A DNA stretch of 32,000 nt from Candidatus Saccharimonadota bacterium (GTDB lineage: Bacteria; Patescibacteriota; Saccharimonadia; Saccharimonadales; Saccharimonadaceae): assembly GCA_000503915.1 (NCBI GenBank), contig CP006915.1, positions 420,001 through 452,000 on the forward strand, written 5' to 3'. The translations under genes were made by a program, and so were the position numbers. Within the stretch, counting starts at the first letter, position 1; each line of letters starts with the position of its first letter. The notes beneath the pieces were generated by a model. It did not search any database. It saw only the letters and a list, made by a program, of their open reading frames with translations, and had not been told where the DNA came from. This document shows, in pieces, positions 15,914 to 29,284 of this stretch.

Positions 15914-16300
15914 ATGTTGGGAAGAGTGATTGTCCTCAGTTCGGTAGCGGCGGTGATACTGCTCGTTATTATTCTCCAGACGACGACGCCATCGATGATC
16001 GGTCCAGTAGGTTTGCTGGCCGTCTTTTTTTTACTTTACATAGCAGTACTAGGGATAGTGACATGGCTTCTATGGATTACTTCAAGGGCGACGGCATACA
16101 TAGGTCGGCGTATTATGACGCGTAGTCCGCCGCAATCACTGTCGCTGTCGAAGGCATATTATTTCTCATCAGTAATTGCGCTCGCCCCCGTTATGATGCT
16201 CGCGATGCAGTCAATCGGCTCACTCGGTGTGTATGAGGTTATACTCATCAGTGTCTTTCTAGGGGTGGGAATCTTGTATATTGCAAAGCGCAGTTTATAG
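15914..16300 (+). CDS. hypothetical integral membrane protein (128 aa)
   Basis: 4 predicted hydrophobic helices. TGgTATAGT (15899-15907) ends 7 nt before the ATG, so the mRNA is probably leaderless. Confidence 0.6.
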   Translation: MLGRVIVLSSVAAVILLVIILQTTTPSMIGPVGLLAVFFLLYIAVLGIVTWLLWITSRATAYIGRRIMTRSPPQSLSLSKAYYFSSVIALAPVMMLAMQSIGSLGVYEVILISVFLGVGILYIAKRSL

Positions 16301-16326
16301 TAAGCGGCTATGCTATAATTACAGAT

Positions 16327-16746
16327 ATGGAACCAAAGCTATCTTCACCGGAATCCAGTCCACAGTATCAGCCTCCGTCACCAGAGCAATATATTGATTC
16401 AGAGCCCTCTATTGAGGTACCACAGCGTGCACCAGAGTCGGCTCCCGAACGTGGTGGTGAGCAGCTTTCAGCGGTACCATCTCCCGCTCAACCCACTCCG
16501 GATCCTTCACTGATTGCTCTACCGACACCGGTGGCTCTGCAGGGTCAAGCGGACGATGCTGCTACTTCAGATGATCTGCCCCAGGCGGCAGCGGATGACG
16601 ATCTAATCGAAAAAGAGTGGGTCGACAAAGCAAAAAAGATTATTTCAGAAACTCGTGATGACCCACATAAACAAGAGCGTGAGGTGGGTAAACTGCAGGC
16701 GGATTACTTACGGAAGCGGTATGGTAAAGAGCTAGGTGCCTCGTAG
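16327..16746 (+). CDS. hypothetical Pro/Ser/Glu-rich protein with helical basic C-terminus (139 aa)
   Basis: Low-complexity acidic N-terminal ~95 aa, then EKEWVDKAKKIISETRDDPHKQEREVGKLQADYLRKRYG. TGcTATAAT (16311-16319) ends 8 nt before the ATG. Confidence 0.55.
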   Translation: MEPKLSSPESSPQYQPPSPEQYIDSEPSIEVPQRAPESAPERGGEQLSAVPSPAQPTPDPSLIALPTPVALQGQADDAATSDDLPQAAADDDLIEKEWVDKAKKIISETRDDPHKQEREVGKLQADYLRKRYGKELGAS

Positions 16747-16776
16747 CTCATTGGGCGTAACAACGGGAGAGGGTAG

Positions 16777-19587
16777 GTGTTAGGAGTATTCATCGGAATC
16801 TTTGGCCTTGTACTGGCGGTAGCGACCGCCGGGCTGCTCGTTTTCTTTCAGTATCGTAAGACATTACGTGAAGCCAAAAATTATGAACGTGGCCTCAAAA
16901 TGGTACCAATGCTGATCCATCTGCCGCCGACTAGTGAAGACCTGGAGACTGGCGGTCGTGATGAGCGTGACGTAACCGAAGAGATCCTCTCTCAGGCACA
17001 GGTCATGTACAATATTATCGCCAGTACAGCCACGAAAGGCTTTAAGAGCAAGGTATACGGACAGAGACACTTGTCATTTGAAATCGTTGCTCGCGCTGGT
17101 TTAGTACACTACTATACCGTTGTACCGGTCGTACTGGTTGATGTGGTGCGACAAGCAGTTGCGGCAGCATATCCATCGGCTCGGTTGGAAGAAGTTGAGG
17201 AGCATACGATATTCAGTGAAGTCGGTAAGCTGAGCGGTACAATAGGCGGCGAATTCACCTTAAAGAAGGACTATGTCTACCCGATCGCAACCTACCAGGA
17301 GTCAAAGCGGGATGCCTCGCGGGCACTGCTGAACGCATTATCGGCTGCCGGACGAGAGGACGGTATTGGTGTACAGATCTTACTTCGTCCCGCTAGAGAA
17401 GGCTGGATAAAGCAATCGGTTGCCGCTGCTGAGAAAATCACCAAAGACAAAGGGAAGAAAACGACAATCACAGGATTCGGTGCGGTAAAGGATATTATGG
17501 AAGCGCTATGGAAGCCACCGGAGGCTTCGGAGGGCAAGGAGAAGCCTGAAGATAAGCAACTGACTTCACTCGAGAGGGCTCAGGTAGAAACGATTGAGGA
17601 AAAAACGCGCTACCCAGGGTACGAGACCCTGATACGCGTGGTTGTGTCTTCCAATACGGCAGCGCAGTCACAAACACTGCTTAAGAATGTCATTTCAGCG
17701 TTCTCGCTGTTTGACTCACCCAGTAATAATGGATTTAAATTTACTATCTCGCGTAATATTGAGGAATTAGTTACCTCTTATATTTTTCGCTTTTTCCCTC
17801 AGTTTGTCCGTTCTAATATTCTCAACAGTGTAGAACTTGCAACAATATTCCATCTGCCAGATCAGAAAAATATCCCTACATCCCAGGTGCAGCGACAAAT
17901 GAGCAAGCAGGTTGATGGGCCGACTCAGGTCATGGATGAAGGCTTTCTACTTGGCTACAACGAGTTTCGTGGCAGCAAGAAGCCGATTCGTCTCAGCACG
18001 AATGATCGCCGGCGCCACACCTATATTATTGGGCAGACAGGTACTGGTAAGTCGGTACTCCTAGAAAACTTAGCATTTCAGGACATGATGGACGGCAAGG
18101 GGTTTGCCTTCGTTGATCCACATGGCGATTCTGTCGAAGCGCTGCTTGGCAAGGTGCCGAAAGAGCGAGTCGAAGACGTTATTTACTTTAACCCTGGCGA
18201 CATGACGAATCCAATCGGTTTGAATATGTTTGAATTTGACCATGAAGACCAAAAAGACTTCTTGGTTCAAGAAGCGATCAATATGCTGTACGGTCTCTAT
18301 GACCCCGGACACACAGGCATTGTGGGACCAAGACTAGAGCATATCTTCCGCAACTGTGCTTTACTTTTGATGAGCGACCCAAATGGCGGTACCTTCATCG
18401 ATATTCCAAAATTACTGATTGATCAAGACTTCATGAAGAGCAAACTGAAGTACGTCAAGGATCAAAGCGTGCTTGATTTCTGGACCAAAGAGTTCCCGGC
18501 GTCGCAACGGTCCAACGAAGCAGGCGAAGTCATCAGCTGGGTGGTCTCAAAATTCGGTCCCTTTATATCGAACGATGCCATGCGTAATATTATCGGTCAG
18601 CGTCGGAGTGGCTTTAATCTACGCGAGATCATGGATAACAAGAAGATCTTGCTGGTCAATCTGTCAAAGGGTCGTATGGGTGAACTTAACTCAAAGTTGC
18701 TCGGTATTATCTTTGTGATGAAATTCCAAGCAGCAGCAATGGGAAGAGCCGACACGCCAGAGAGCCAGCGAGTTGACTTTTCGCTCTATGTCGACGAGTT
18801 CCAGAACTTTGCCACAGAAAGCTTTGAGTCTATCTTGTCCGAAGCTCGTAAATATCGCCTTAATCTAATTCTCGGTAATCAATTTATGACACAACTGACT
18901 GATAAAGTACGAGAAGCCATCATTGGTAACGTAGGAACAGTTATCGCGGGCCGTATTGGTATTACTGATGCCGAGATTCTCGTAAAGAAATTTTCGCCGA
19001 CGTTTGACACTGAAGACCTCACCAAAATGCCGAACTATCAGTCGATTACCAGCGTAATGATCAATAACGTTCCCTCGGCACCATTTAGTATGTCATTTGT
19101 GCCACCGATGGGGCACTTTAATGCGCAACTCAGCGATGCATTAAAGCGTCTGTCAGCAGCGAAGCATGGTAAACCGAGGGCAGTAGTCGAAAAAGATATC
19201 TTTGACCGTCTGGGAGCGGCAGAAAAGGCTAGGAAAGATCGTTTGGAGGAGATGCGCCGTACGCAGCAGGACGCCGCTGCTGGGGTGAAGGCTCCGGGCT
19301 CATCGTTCCTTGACGAGTGGCTAGCAAAACGCCAACAGCTTGCGAGCACAAAGCCTGCTAGTGGTATTACCCGCCAGGACGAAAGTCCAGCTGTAGGGAG
19401 CTTCAAGCCTCCTCAATCAGCTGTGCCTGCTGCAGCTTCTGCCCAAATAGATGCACCGATTACGGCACCGGAGCCTACTCGACCTGCGTCAGCTGATAAG
19501 AAAACGGTATCGAGCGCTGCCGACCATCTTCGCATTAGGGGTGACAATAAGAATAGCGAAGAAGAGGTTACTTTCAAGCTGCGATAG
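16777..19587 (+). CDS. membrane-anchored P-loop ATPase, type IV secretion coupling-protein-like (VirD4/TraG/TraD-type)
   Basis: 936 aa, GTG start with GGGAGAGGG RBS. N-terminal TM helix, a ~380-aa unassigned domain, Walker A GQTGTGKS (18031-18054), Walker B-like LYVDEFQNF (18787-18810), ARKYRLNLILGNQFMTQL, and an Ala/Pro/Ser-rich ~130-aa tail. Confidence 0.6.
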   Translation: MLGVFIGIFGLVLAVATAGLLVFFQYRKTLREAKNYERGLKMVPMLIHLPPTSEDLETGGRDERDVTEEILSQAQVMYNIIASTATKGFKSKVYGQRHLSFEIVARAGLVHYYTVVPVVLVDVVRQAVAAAYPSARLEEVEEHTIFSEVGKLSGTIGGEFTLKKDYVYPIATYQESKRDASRALLNALSAAGREDGIGVQILLRPAREGWIKQSVAAAEKITKDKGKKTTITGFGAVKDIMEALWKPPEASEGKEKPEDKQLTSLERAQVETIEEKTRYPGYETLIRVVVSSNTAAQSQTLLKNVISAFSLFDSPSNNGFKFTISRNIEELVTSYIFRFFPQFVRSNILNSVELATIFHLPDQKNIPTSQVQRQMSKQVDGPTQVMDEGFLLGYNEFRGSKKPIRLSTNDRRRHTYIIGQTGTGKSVLLENLAFQDMMDGKGFAFVDPHGDSVEALLGKVPKERVEDVIYFNPGDMTNPIGLNMFEFDHEDQKDFLVQEAINMLYGLYDPGHTGIVGPRLEHIFRNCALLLMSDPNGGTFIDIPKLLIDQDFMKSKLKYVKDQSVLDFWTKEFPASQRSNEAGEVISWVVSKFGPFISNDAMRNIIGQRRSGFNLREIMDNKKILLVNLSKGRMGELNSKLLGIIFVMKFQAAAMGRADTPESQRVDFSLYVDEFQNFATESFESILSEARKYRLNLILGNQFMTQLTDKVREAIIGNVGTVIAGRIGITDAEILVKKFSPTFDTEDLTKMPNYQSITSVMINNVPSAPFSMSFVPPMGHFNAQLSDALKRLSAAKHGKPRAVVEKDIFDRLGAAEKARKDRLEEMRRTQQDAAAGVKAPGSSFLDEWLAKRQQLASTKPASGITRQDESPAVGSFKPPQSAVPAAASAQIDAPITAPEPTRPASADKKTVSSAADHLRIRGDNKNSEEEVTFKLR

Positions 19588-19604
19588 GCTCGGGCTAGTT
19601 TGAA

Positions 19605-20180
19605 CTACGGCTTTTTACCGGTAATCATAACACGGAAATAATCGAAGAGTAGACCTAATAGCCAGCCGACAATAAACGAGCCAATACTTTCAAAGCCAGA
19701 GAGCGGGTAACCGTAGTATCGTGCAATAAGGTAGATTACTAGGGTTACTATGAAGGCGCTGACAGCCCCAGACAGCATGGCATTAGGTCGGGCGACCGTG
19801 GAGCCAACTGCATCGCTCGTCTTTTCAATTATCTTGTTGTGGATGACGTTCGAGAATGCACGGCCCGGTACCGACATATGGGCACGTGTTTCGCGCATGG
19901 TTCTCGCGTAGGCGGCTTTTTGCGCCGCTGAATTACGCTGCAATGGTGCGTCTTTGCGTCGTTCAGCAGGTGAGGCCTCCTTCTCTTTTTTGCGGTTGGT
20001 ATGGACTTCAGCAGCTTTCTCAGCTGCTTCTCTCAGTTGCTCCATGTCACGCTGAGAGGTGGCTTCACGACTACGCTCGAGTCGCTCGCGCGCTAGTTCG
20101 GCGCGTCGTTCCTCGCCAACTCGCTTCAGCTCTGGGTTGTCGTGGGAGTGTTCTGGGGTATTAGCTAGTCGTTCGCTCAT
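19605..20180 (-). CDS. hypothetical membrane protein with charged coiled-coil-like N-terminus (191 aa)
   Basis: The N-terminal ~100 aa are rich in E/R/K/A. The C-terminus has two hydrophobic helices. Directly downstream of the LPXTG protein gene on the same strand. Confidence 0.55.
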   Translation of the reverse strand: MSERLANTPEHSHDNPELKRVGEERRAELARERLERSREATSQRDMEQLREAAEKAAEVHTNRKKEKEASPAERRKDAPLQRNSAAQKAAYARTMRETRAHMSVPGRAFSNVIHNKIIEKTSDAVGSTVARPNAMLSGAVSAFIVTLVIYLIARYYGYPLSGFESIGSFIVGWLLGLLFDYFRVMITGKKP

Positions 20181-20206
20181 ATTTTTTACCTACTTATTCT
20201 GCTTCA

Positions 20207-22063
20207 CTATAATGCACCTGTATTAAGTCCGCGTCGTATCAAGCGGATTTCTTTGCCAAGTTGGCGTGAACGAGCGTAGAAATAGGTGACGACCGCGAGG
20301 AGGACGCCAGCAAAGATCATATTCTCACGGGCGCCGGTACGGGGCAGCTCACTGACGACTTGCTCGACTATTACTTTTTGGGTCGGGCAGGTGACATTAA
20401 TATCGACGCTGTTGCCGAAAGTATTGACCATACGGCAATCAAAGGAGTCCTCGTTGCTCGTGCCGGTATTGGTTGCCGGTATCGCAGAGAGGAGTTCGAC
20501 TACGATGGTGCGTGACTGCTTATTACCGCCGAAAAGAGTAACCTCTGGCCAGGAAAGAGTATTTGAGTTGCTGTCAAAAGTACCACCACCGAGATCAATC
20601 AACTTGGCGTACTCCAATACATCAGCAAGATTCTCTCGTATAGTCAGGTCTTGGGGAAGAACACCCCTGTTTTCAGCTGTTAGTGTATAGCTGATTTTGT
20701 CACTGGCCCTGGCCGTTATTGTTGTCGCATTGACATTACCCTGTGTCATATTAGTTGTTGTTTTCGTCATAATGATATTGGCGTCACAGCGTTCGTCCTT
20801 AACCCAGATATCTGGATTACCCGGACATGGCTGACAGTCGGGCGAACTCGGTGGGAGGGAAGGATTGTAGCTGCAGACTTGAGGTTTGGCGATAGTAAAT
20901 GATTTAACGCAATCTTCAGCGTCACTGACGGTGCCTTCGCTGGTCTGCACTTTCAAGGTAACTTGGTACTTTCCAACCTTGGAGAGTTCGAAGCTATTGG
21001 CGAGGACGGCCTCTTTTTGACTGGTAACAGTCATGCGTTTGACGACCTTACCAGTAGTTTTATCAGTCACGATAAATACATAGGCTTTAATCTTGGCTCC
21101 GTTGTTAGCATTCGCATAGCCAGACAACGAGACGATACTACGATTTGATATCTCTACAACAACATTTTTACAGATGACAACTGGCTTCTTAGGGACGACC
21201 GTAAATGATTCGCGGCATGAGGCGTCAGACTTCTTTCCTTCACTGGTACGTACGGTGAGCTCAACGTGGTATTTGCCTTCGGTAGTTTGCTCATAAGTAA
21301 CGCTATCTCGATTTACAGTGCTGCTAGAGTAGATGGTTTTGATATTTACTCCTCGGTTGTTGGTAATGGCGTAGGTATATCCCTTGATAACGGCACCGTT
21401 TTTGTCGGTTGAGCGTCCGACAAAACGAAACTTAGTGCGGCTGAGCTTTTCTACCGTCAAATTTTGACAAGCGGCCATGGGTTTTGGTGGTACTTGTGGG
21501 GGTTTACTCGTGATTAAGTTGCCACAGTCTTTCTTGATTGCGAACCAGCCGAATGTCTTGGAGTGACCCACTAGTACGGGGTGGACGGGTCCGCCTTGCT
21601 CAGTGAGAGCCATCGGACGATAGTAAACAGTACCTGTTCCACCCGAGGATTTCTTGAATGACCAGCTGCGCTGACCCTGCGCGTAACTGTATAAGCTTGT
21701 CAGTGACCAGTTATAGTGACCGGGTTCGCGGACAGTAGCTGACTTGGTGTCGGCAATCTCGCCCCGTGTTATACCGAGAGAAGTATAGACATCTTTTATA
21801 TTATTGATATTGCCATCGTAGTACCGGAGAAACTCCTTTGAACTGCTAACACCGCCGCGTACAAAATCAGCCGAACTAGCTGCGTTGGCCGCTTCGGGTG
21901 GCGAGAAAATGGCAAATGATTGAACGACGAGGGCAAGTGCAGTGAAAATAAGTCCCAGACGACGAGTAGCCTCTTCTTTACGTAGCCGTTTGGCATAAAA
22001 GCCAAGCTGCCCGACAAGTGCGGGGCTAAATGGCAGGTTTGAGACTAATTTACGAAACATCAC
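20207..22063 (-). CDS. LPXTG-anchored surface protein with tandem Cys-bracketed Ig-like repeats
   Basis: 618 aa. Signal/anchor LGLIFTALALVVQSFAIFSPPEAANA. Two ~90-aa repeats (C199-C283, C298-C385). DUF11-like segment ISYTLTAENRGVLPQDL. C-terminal LPRTG (20333-20347) plus a hydrophobic stretch and a basic tail. Confidence 0.75.
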   Translation of the reverse strand: MMFRKLVSNLPFSPALVGQLGFYAKRLRKEEATRRLGLIFTALALVVQSFAIFSPPEAANAASSADFVRGGVSSSKEFLRYYDGNINNIKDVYTSLGITRGEIADTKSATVREPGHYNWSLTSLYSYAQGQRSWSFKKSSGGTGTVYYRPMALTEQGGPVHPVLVGHSKTFGWFAIKKDCGNLITSKPPQVPPKPMAACQNLTVEKLSRTKFRFVGRSTDKNGAVIKGYTYAITNNRGVNIKTIYSSSTVNRDSVTYEQTTEGKYHVELTVRTSEGKKSDASCRESFTVVPKKPVVICKNVVVEISNRSIVSLSGYANANNGAKIKAYVFIVTDKTTGKVVKRMTVTSQKEAVLANSFELSKVGKYQVTLKVQTSEGTVSDAEDCVKSFTIAKPQVCSYNPSLPPSSPDCQPCPGNPDIWVKDERCDANIIMTKTTTNMTQGNVNATTITARASDKISYTLTAENRGVLPQDLTIRENLADVLEYAKLIDLGGGTFDSNSNTLSWPEVTLFGGNKQSRTIVVELLSAIPATNTGTSNEDSFDCRMVNTFGNSVDINVTCPTQKVIVEQVVSELPRTGARENMIFAGVLLAVVTYFYARSRQLGKEIRLIRRGLNTGAL

Positions 22064-22154
22064 CGGTAGTCTTTATTTTTTGTTTTTATATAAAAGTATA
22101 TCCTTTGCTTCAAGATTAGCATAAGTATTGTGTTCAACGCAAGAGCTTGAGTGA

Positions 22155-24189
<2,035 letters not shown>

Positions 24190-24190
24190 T

Positions 24191-26701
24191 ATGGATGACG
24201 ATGTAATAGATACCACACCAAATAAATATGAGCAGGTCGATAACGATATTGTTGTGCCTGGCATTGAACGCCGAACACTTGAGGATGTCATGCAGGACAA
24301 TTTCTTCCGGTACTCGATGAGCGTTATTATTGACCGCGCTCTACCGGATGTACGTGATGGCCTTAAGCCGGTTCATCGCCGTATTCTGTACTCGATGGAA
24401 GCAAATGGATGGCGAAGCGGTGGCAAGTTCGTCAAAAGCGCCCGTGTGGTTGGTGACGTCATCGGTAAATATCACCCTCACGGTGACACTTCCATCTATG
24501 ACTCTATGGTGCGCCTGGCTCAGCCATGGGCGCTACGAATGCCGCTTGTTAATGGACAAGGAAATTTCGGCTCTATGGACGGCGACGAAGCGGCCGCCTA
24601 TCGTTATACCGAAGCAAAAATGACTCGTATTGCTGAGGAGATGCTGGTTGATATTAATAAAGATACGATCGATTTTCGTGATAACTTCGATGGTTCCGAG
24701 CAAGAGCCATCGGTCTTGCCGGCAAAAATTCCCAACCTGCTTCTCAACGGCCAGATTGGTATCGCTGTCGGTATGGCTACCAATATTCCACCGCACAACC
24801 TTGGCGAGCTAGTCGATGCGTCGATTGAACTAATCGACAATGAAGAGGCGACTATTGATGATCTACTAAAGCATGTCAAAGGTCCCGACTTTCCAACGGG
24901 AGCGGTGATTTATGCGGGCGAGAGCATGAAGCAGGCATATTTGACTGGTCGTGGTAGCGTGACCATCCGAGCGGTGGCAGAAATCGAAGAGACTAAGAAA
25001 GGTCGTCATCAGATTGTTGTTACGGAAATTCCCTATGGTGTAAATAAAGCAACGCTTGTTGAAAAAATCGCCGAGCTTTACAAAGATAAGAAAATTAATA
25101 TTGCTGATCTACGCGATGAGACAGCACGTGGTAAAGTGCGTGTGGTTGTTGAAGTCAAGAAGGATGGCTATCCGAAGAAGCTCCTCAATCAGCTATATAA
25201 GCTGACTGCTCTTCAGACGAGCTTCAACTTTAATATGCTTTCGCTGGTTGATGGTATTCAGCCACGCATCCTTGGGCTTCAGGAGATGTTGCAAGAGTTT
25301 ATCAAGCATCGTCAGAAGGTGGTGCGCCGCCGTACAGAGTTCGAGCTCAGGAAAGCAAAGGAACGTGCCCATATCCTTGAGGGGTATAAAATCGCGCTCG
25401 ATCATATCGATGAGGTAATAAAAACCATTCGAGCGAGCCGAACTCAAGAGCAGGCTCAGGCAAGTCTTATGAAGCAGTTCAAGCTGAGCGATATTCAAGC
25501 CGCTGCCATCTTGGCGATGCAATTGCGGCGTTTAACCGGTCTATCGCGCGAGGAGATCGAAAATGAATTAGCCGACCTTATTAAACTGATTACCAAGCTG
25601 GAAGGTATTCTGGCCGATGAGAAAGAGATTCTCAAGATTATCAAGACCGAGCTACTCGAGATGAAAGAAAAATATGGCGACGAGCGCCGTACGAAGATTA
25701 TCAACCATGAACTTGGTAAGTTTAGCGATGAAGAGTTGATTCCCGAGGAAGATAGCGTCATCCTCCTGACAGGTGAAAATTACATCAAGCGTACATTGGT
25801 AAGTGAATACCGCCGTCAGCATCGTGGCGGTAAAGGTAAACGTGGTATGACGACAAAAGAAGAAGACGTCATCGACCAGCTGGTGCCAGCGAGTACGCAC
25901 GACTGGCTGCTATTCTTTACTAACCGAGGCCGTGTCTTCCGTCTCAAGGCATATGAGGTGCCGGCTGCATCGTTAGCAGCAAAAGGAGTGGCGGCGGTCA
26001 ACCTCCTGCAGCTACAGCCAGAAGAAAAAATTACATCGATCATTCGTCATGAGAAAAATGCCGCCGAGGATGGCTTCCTCTTTATGGCGACCAAGAAGGG
26101 CACCGTCAAAAAAACACCGCTCAAGGACTATGCCAATATCCGCACGAACGGCCTCATCGCTATTAGGCTTGACGAAGGAGACGAATTACGCTGGATAAAG
26201 AAAACTGACGGCAAGAGTGACGTGATCATCTCTACTTCAGCCGGCCAGGCAATCCGCTTTAATGAGAGTGACGCTCGACCAATGGGGCGTGCAGCTCGTG
26301 GTGTGCGTGGCGCTCGTCTTCGACCAAACGATGTCGTGGTGGGCATGGACATCGTAAGTAGTGAAGACCAAACGTTGCTTGTCATCAGCGAGAAGGGCTT
26401 CGGTAAACGAACGACGGCTGGCAACTTCCCGAGCCATAAACGTGGTGGGGTTGGTATTAAAGCGGCCGTGGTGACGGCAAAAACGGGTCCTATTATGTCG
26501 GTGAAAACCGTTGATCCAGATATGACTGATGCCATCCTGATTTCGAAGAACGGTCAAACCATTCGGCTTGGCCTAGCGGACATCAAGATGCTTGGCCGGA
26601 CAACGCAAGGAGTGACGGTTATGCGTCTCGGTGAGGGTGATGCGGTTTGTTCGGTCGGTTTGATGCCGGCACCAGCCGCGGAAGATGGTGAGGGGGAATA
26701 G
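24191..26701 (+). CDS. gyrA: DNA gyrase subunit A
   Basis: 836 aa. [34 protein letters not shown] and [10 protein letters not shown] (active-site Tyr region), with C-terminal beta-pinwheel repeats. Confidence 0.95.
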   Translation: MDDDVIDTTPNKYEQVDNDIVVPGIERRTLEDVMQDNFFRYSMSVIIDRALPDVRDGLKPVHRRILYSMEANGWRSGGKFVKSARVVGDVIGKYHPHGDTSIYDSMVRLAQPWALRMPLVNGQGNFGSMDGDEAAAYRYTEAKMTRIAEEMLVDINKDTIDFRDNFDGSEQEPSVLPAKIPNLLLNGQIGIAVGMATNIPPHNLGELVDASIELIDNEEATIDDLLKHVKGPDFPTGAVIYAGESMKQAYLTGRGSVTIRAVAEIEETKKGRHQIVVTEIPYGVNKATLVEKIAELYKDKKINIADLRDETARGKVRVVVEVKKDGYPKKLLNQLYKLTALQTSFNFNMLSLVDGIQPRILGLQEMLQEFIKHRQKVVRRRTEFELRKAKERAHILEGYKIALDHIDEVIKTIRASRTQEQAQASLMKQFKLSDIQAAAILAMQLRRLTGLSREEIENELADLIKLITKLEGILADEKEILKIIKTELLEMKEKYGDERRTKIINHELGKFSDEELIPEEDSVILLTGENYIKRTLVSEYRRQHRGGKGKRGMTTKEEDVIDQLVPASTHDWLLFFTNRGRVFRLKAYEVPAASLAAKGVAAVNLLQLQPEEKITSIIRHEKNAAEDGFLFMATKKGTVKKTPLKDYANIRTNGLIAIRLDEGDELRWIKKTDGKSDVIISTSAGQAIRFNESDARPMGRAARGVRGARLRPNDVVVGMDIVSSEDQTLLVISEKGFGKRTTAGNFPSHKRGGVGIKAAVVTAKTGPIMSVKTVDPDMTDAILISKNGQTIRLGLADIKMLGRTTQGVTVMRLGEGDAVCSVGLMPAPAAEDGEGE

Positions 26702-26704
26702 GCT

Positions 26705-27130
26705 ATGATTTCGCCGTATCTCGTTGCTATTGTCATCGGGTGGCTAGTCGCACAAGGTCTGAAGTATGTCTTTGACGCCATCCGGTCGCGTACATGGAGT
26801 CACCTACGACAGCTCTATCTGTCGGGCAGTATGCCAAGTGCGCACTCGGCTACCGTCGTCTCCCTAGCAACTGTAGTGGGTCTTCGTGATGGGCTCGATT
26901 CGGCCATCTTTGCCGTTGCTCTACTTTTTGCCGGCGTCGTCATGTATGACGCCATGATGGTGCGGCGTTCCTCTGGCGAGCAGGGGCTGGCTATACAGTC
27001 TCTCATAAAAGAAGCTAAAAGTAAGGTTCTGCTACCGCGATCAGCGAGGGGTCATACTCCTGTGGAGGTACTTGCTGGCGCAATTCTAGGTGTGGTCGTC
27101 GGCTCTGTTGTATTTGTAACGACAATTTAA
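26705..27130 (+). CDS. divergent PAP2 / DUF212 family membrane protein
   Basis: 141 aa. GSMPSAHSATV, MYDAMMVRR and GHTPVEVLAGAILG match the acid phosphatase/vanadium haloperoxidase-related DUF212 family. Confidence 0.75.
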   Translation: MISPYLVAIVIGWLVAQGLKYVFDAIRSRTWSHLRQLYLSGSMPSAHSATVVSLATVVGLRDGLDSAIFAVALLFAGVVMYDAMMVRRSSGEQGLAIQSLIKEAKSKVLLPRSARGHTPVEVLAGAILGVVVGSVVFVTTI

Positions 27131-27143
27131 GAGAAAACTAGTA

Positions 27144-27172
27144 TTGACGTACCTCTAGGCGTCTTGTATCAT
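27144..27172 (+). promoter_or_regulatory. rRNA promoter
   Basis: TTGACG (27144-27149), 17 nt, TATCAT (27167-27172), about 135 nt upstream of 16S. Confidence 0.55.
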
Positions 27173-27235
27173 GGATAACAGTCTGGTCGCGAAAAGCGAC
27201 GTTCAACGTGGAGTTGAAACAGATAACACAAGTAC

Positions 27236-27248
27236 GTTAACAATTTAG
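27236..27248 (+). promoter_or_regulatory. boxA-like antitermination element (also the 5' strand of the 16S processing stem)
   Basis: GTTAACAATTTAG shares TTAACAATTTA with the E. coli rrn boxA TGCTCTTTAACAATTTATCA, as I recall it. Confidence 0.5.
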
Positions 27249-27304
27249 TTGTGCAATAACATCGTCAGTCTATTTTGTAGACGTCACTTGCAATAGTGAC
27301 ATCT

Positions 27305-28909
<1,605 letters not shown>

Positions 28910-29084
28910 TAGGGAGAGTTATGCCAGAGGAACGAGAAATCTTTCTCTGAAGCTAGGTCGGTCCTGTTACTGTGATGAGCTTACATAGTAACGTTGTTCC
29001 AGCTTGCTGGAGCAGGACGAAGTTCAAAGTGGTTTATAGACACGCTTTAAGACGAGTTATTGCACAACTAAGTTGTTAACAAAA

Positions 29085-29113
29085 AGCGCTTCCTTCTTGA
29101 GGAAGCGTTTTTC
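29085..29113 (+). terminator. terminator-like hairpin after the 16S processing stem
   Basis: AGCGCTTCC (29085-29093) / GGAAGCGTT (29101-29109), then TTTTT. Confidence 0.45.
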
Positions 29114-29144
29114 GTGGGTTGATTCAACATTGGTTGAATACCCC

Positions 29145-29173
29145 TTGTAGCGAAGGGTAATTTACGCTAAAAT
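29145..29173 (+). promoter_or_regulatory. candidate internal promoter for the spacer tRNA cluster
   Basis: TTGTAG, 17 nt, TAAAAT, 30 nt upstream of tRNA-Ala. Confidence 0.4.
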
Positions 29174-29202
29174 GGGAAAAGTCTAAACGACAGCAATACC
29201 GT

Positions 29203-29279
29203 GGGGACATAGCTCAGTTGGCTAGAGCACCTGCTTTGCAAGCAGGGGGTCCAGGGTTCGAGTCCCTGTGTCTCCACCA
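29203..29279 (+). tRNA. tRNA-Ala (anticodon UGC)
   Basis: GGGGACA-TA-GCTC..GAGC-A-CCTGC-TTTGCAA-GCAGG-GGGTC-CAGGG-TTCGAGT-CCCTG-TGTCTCC-A-CCA, with G3:U70. Confidence 0.95.
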
Positions 29280-29284
29280 CGTAT

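Noticed and set aside
24330-26781. Multiple 60-135-aa ORFs on both strands inside gyrA
   Set aside because: They are nested in or antisense to a gene with full-length GyrA homology. The same reasoning applies to shadow ORFs inside thrS, the GT2 gene, comM, the 936-aa ATPase gene, the LPXTG gene and gyrB.
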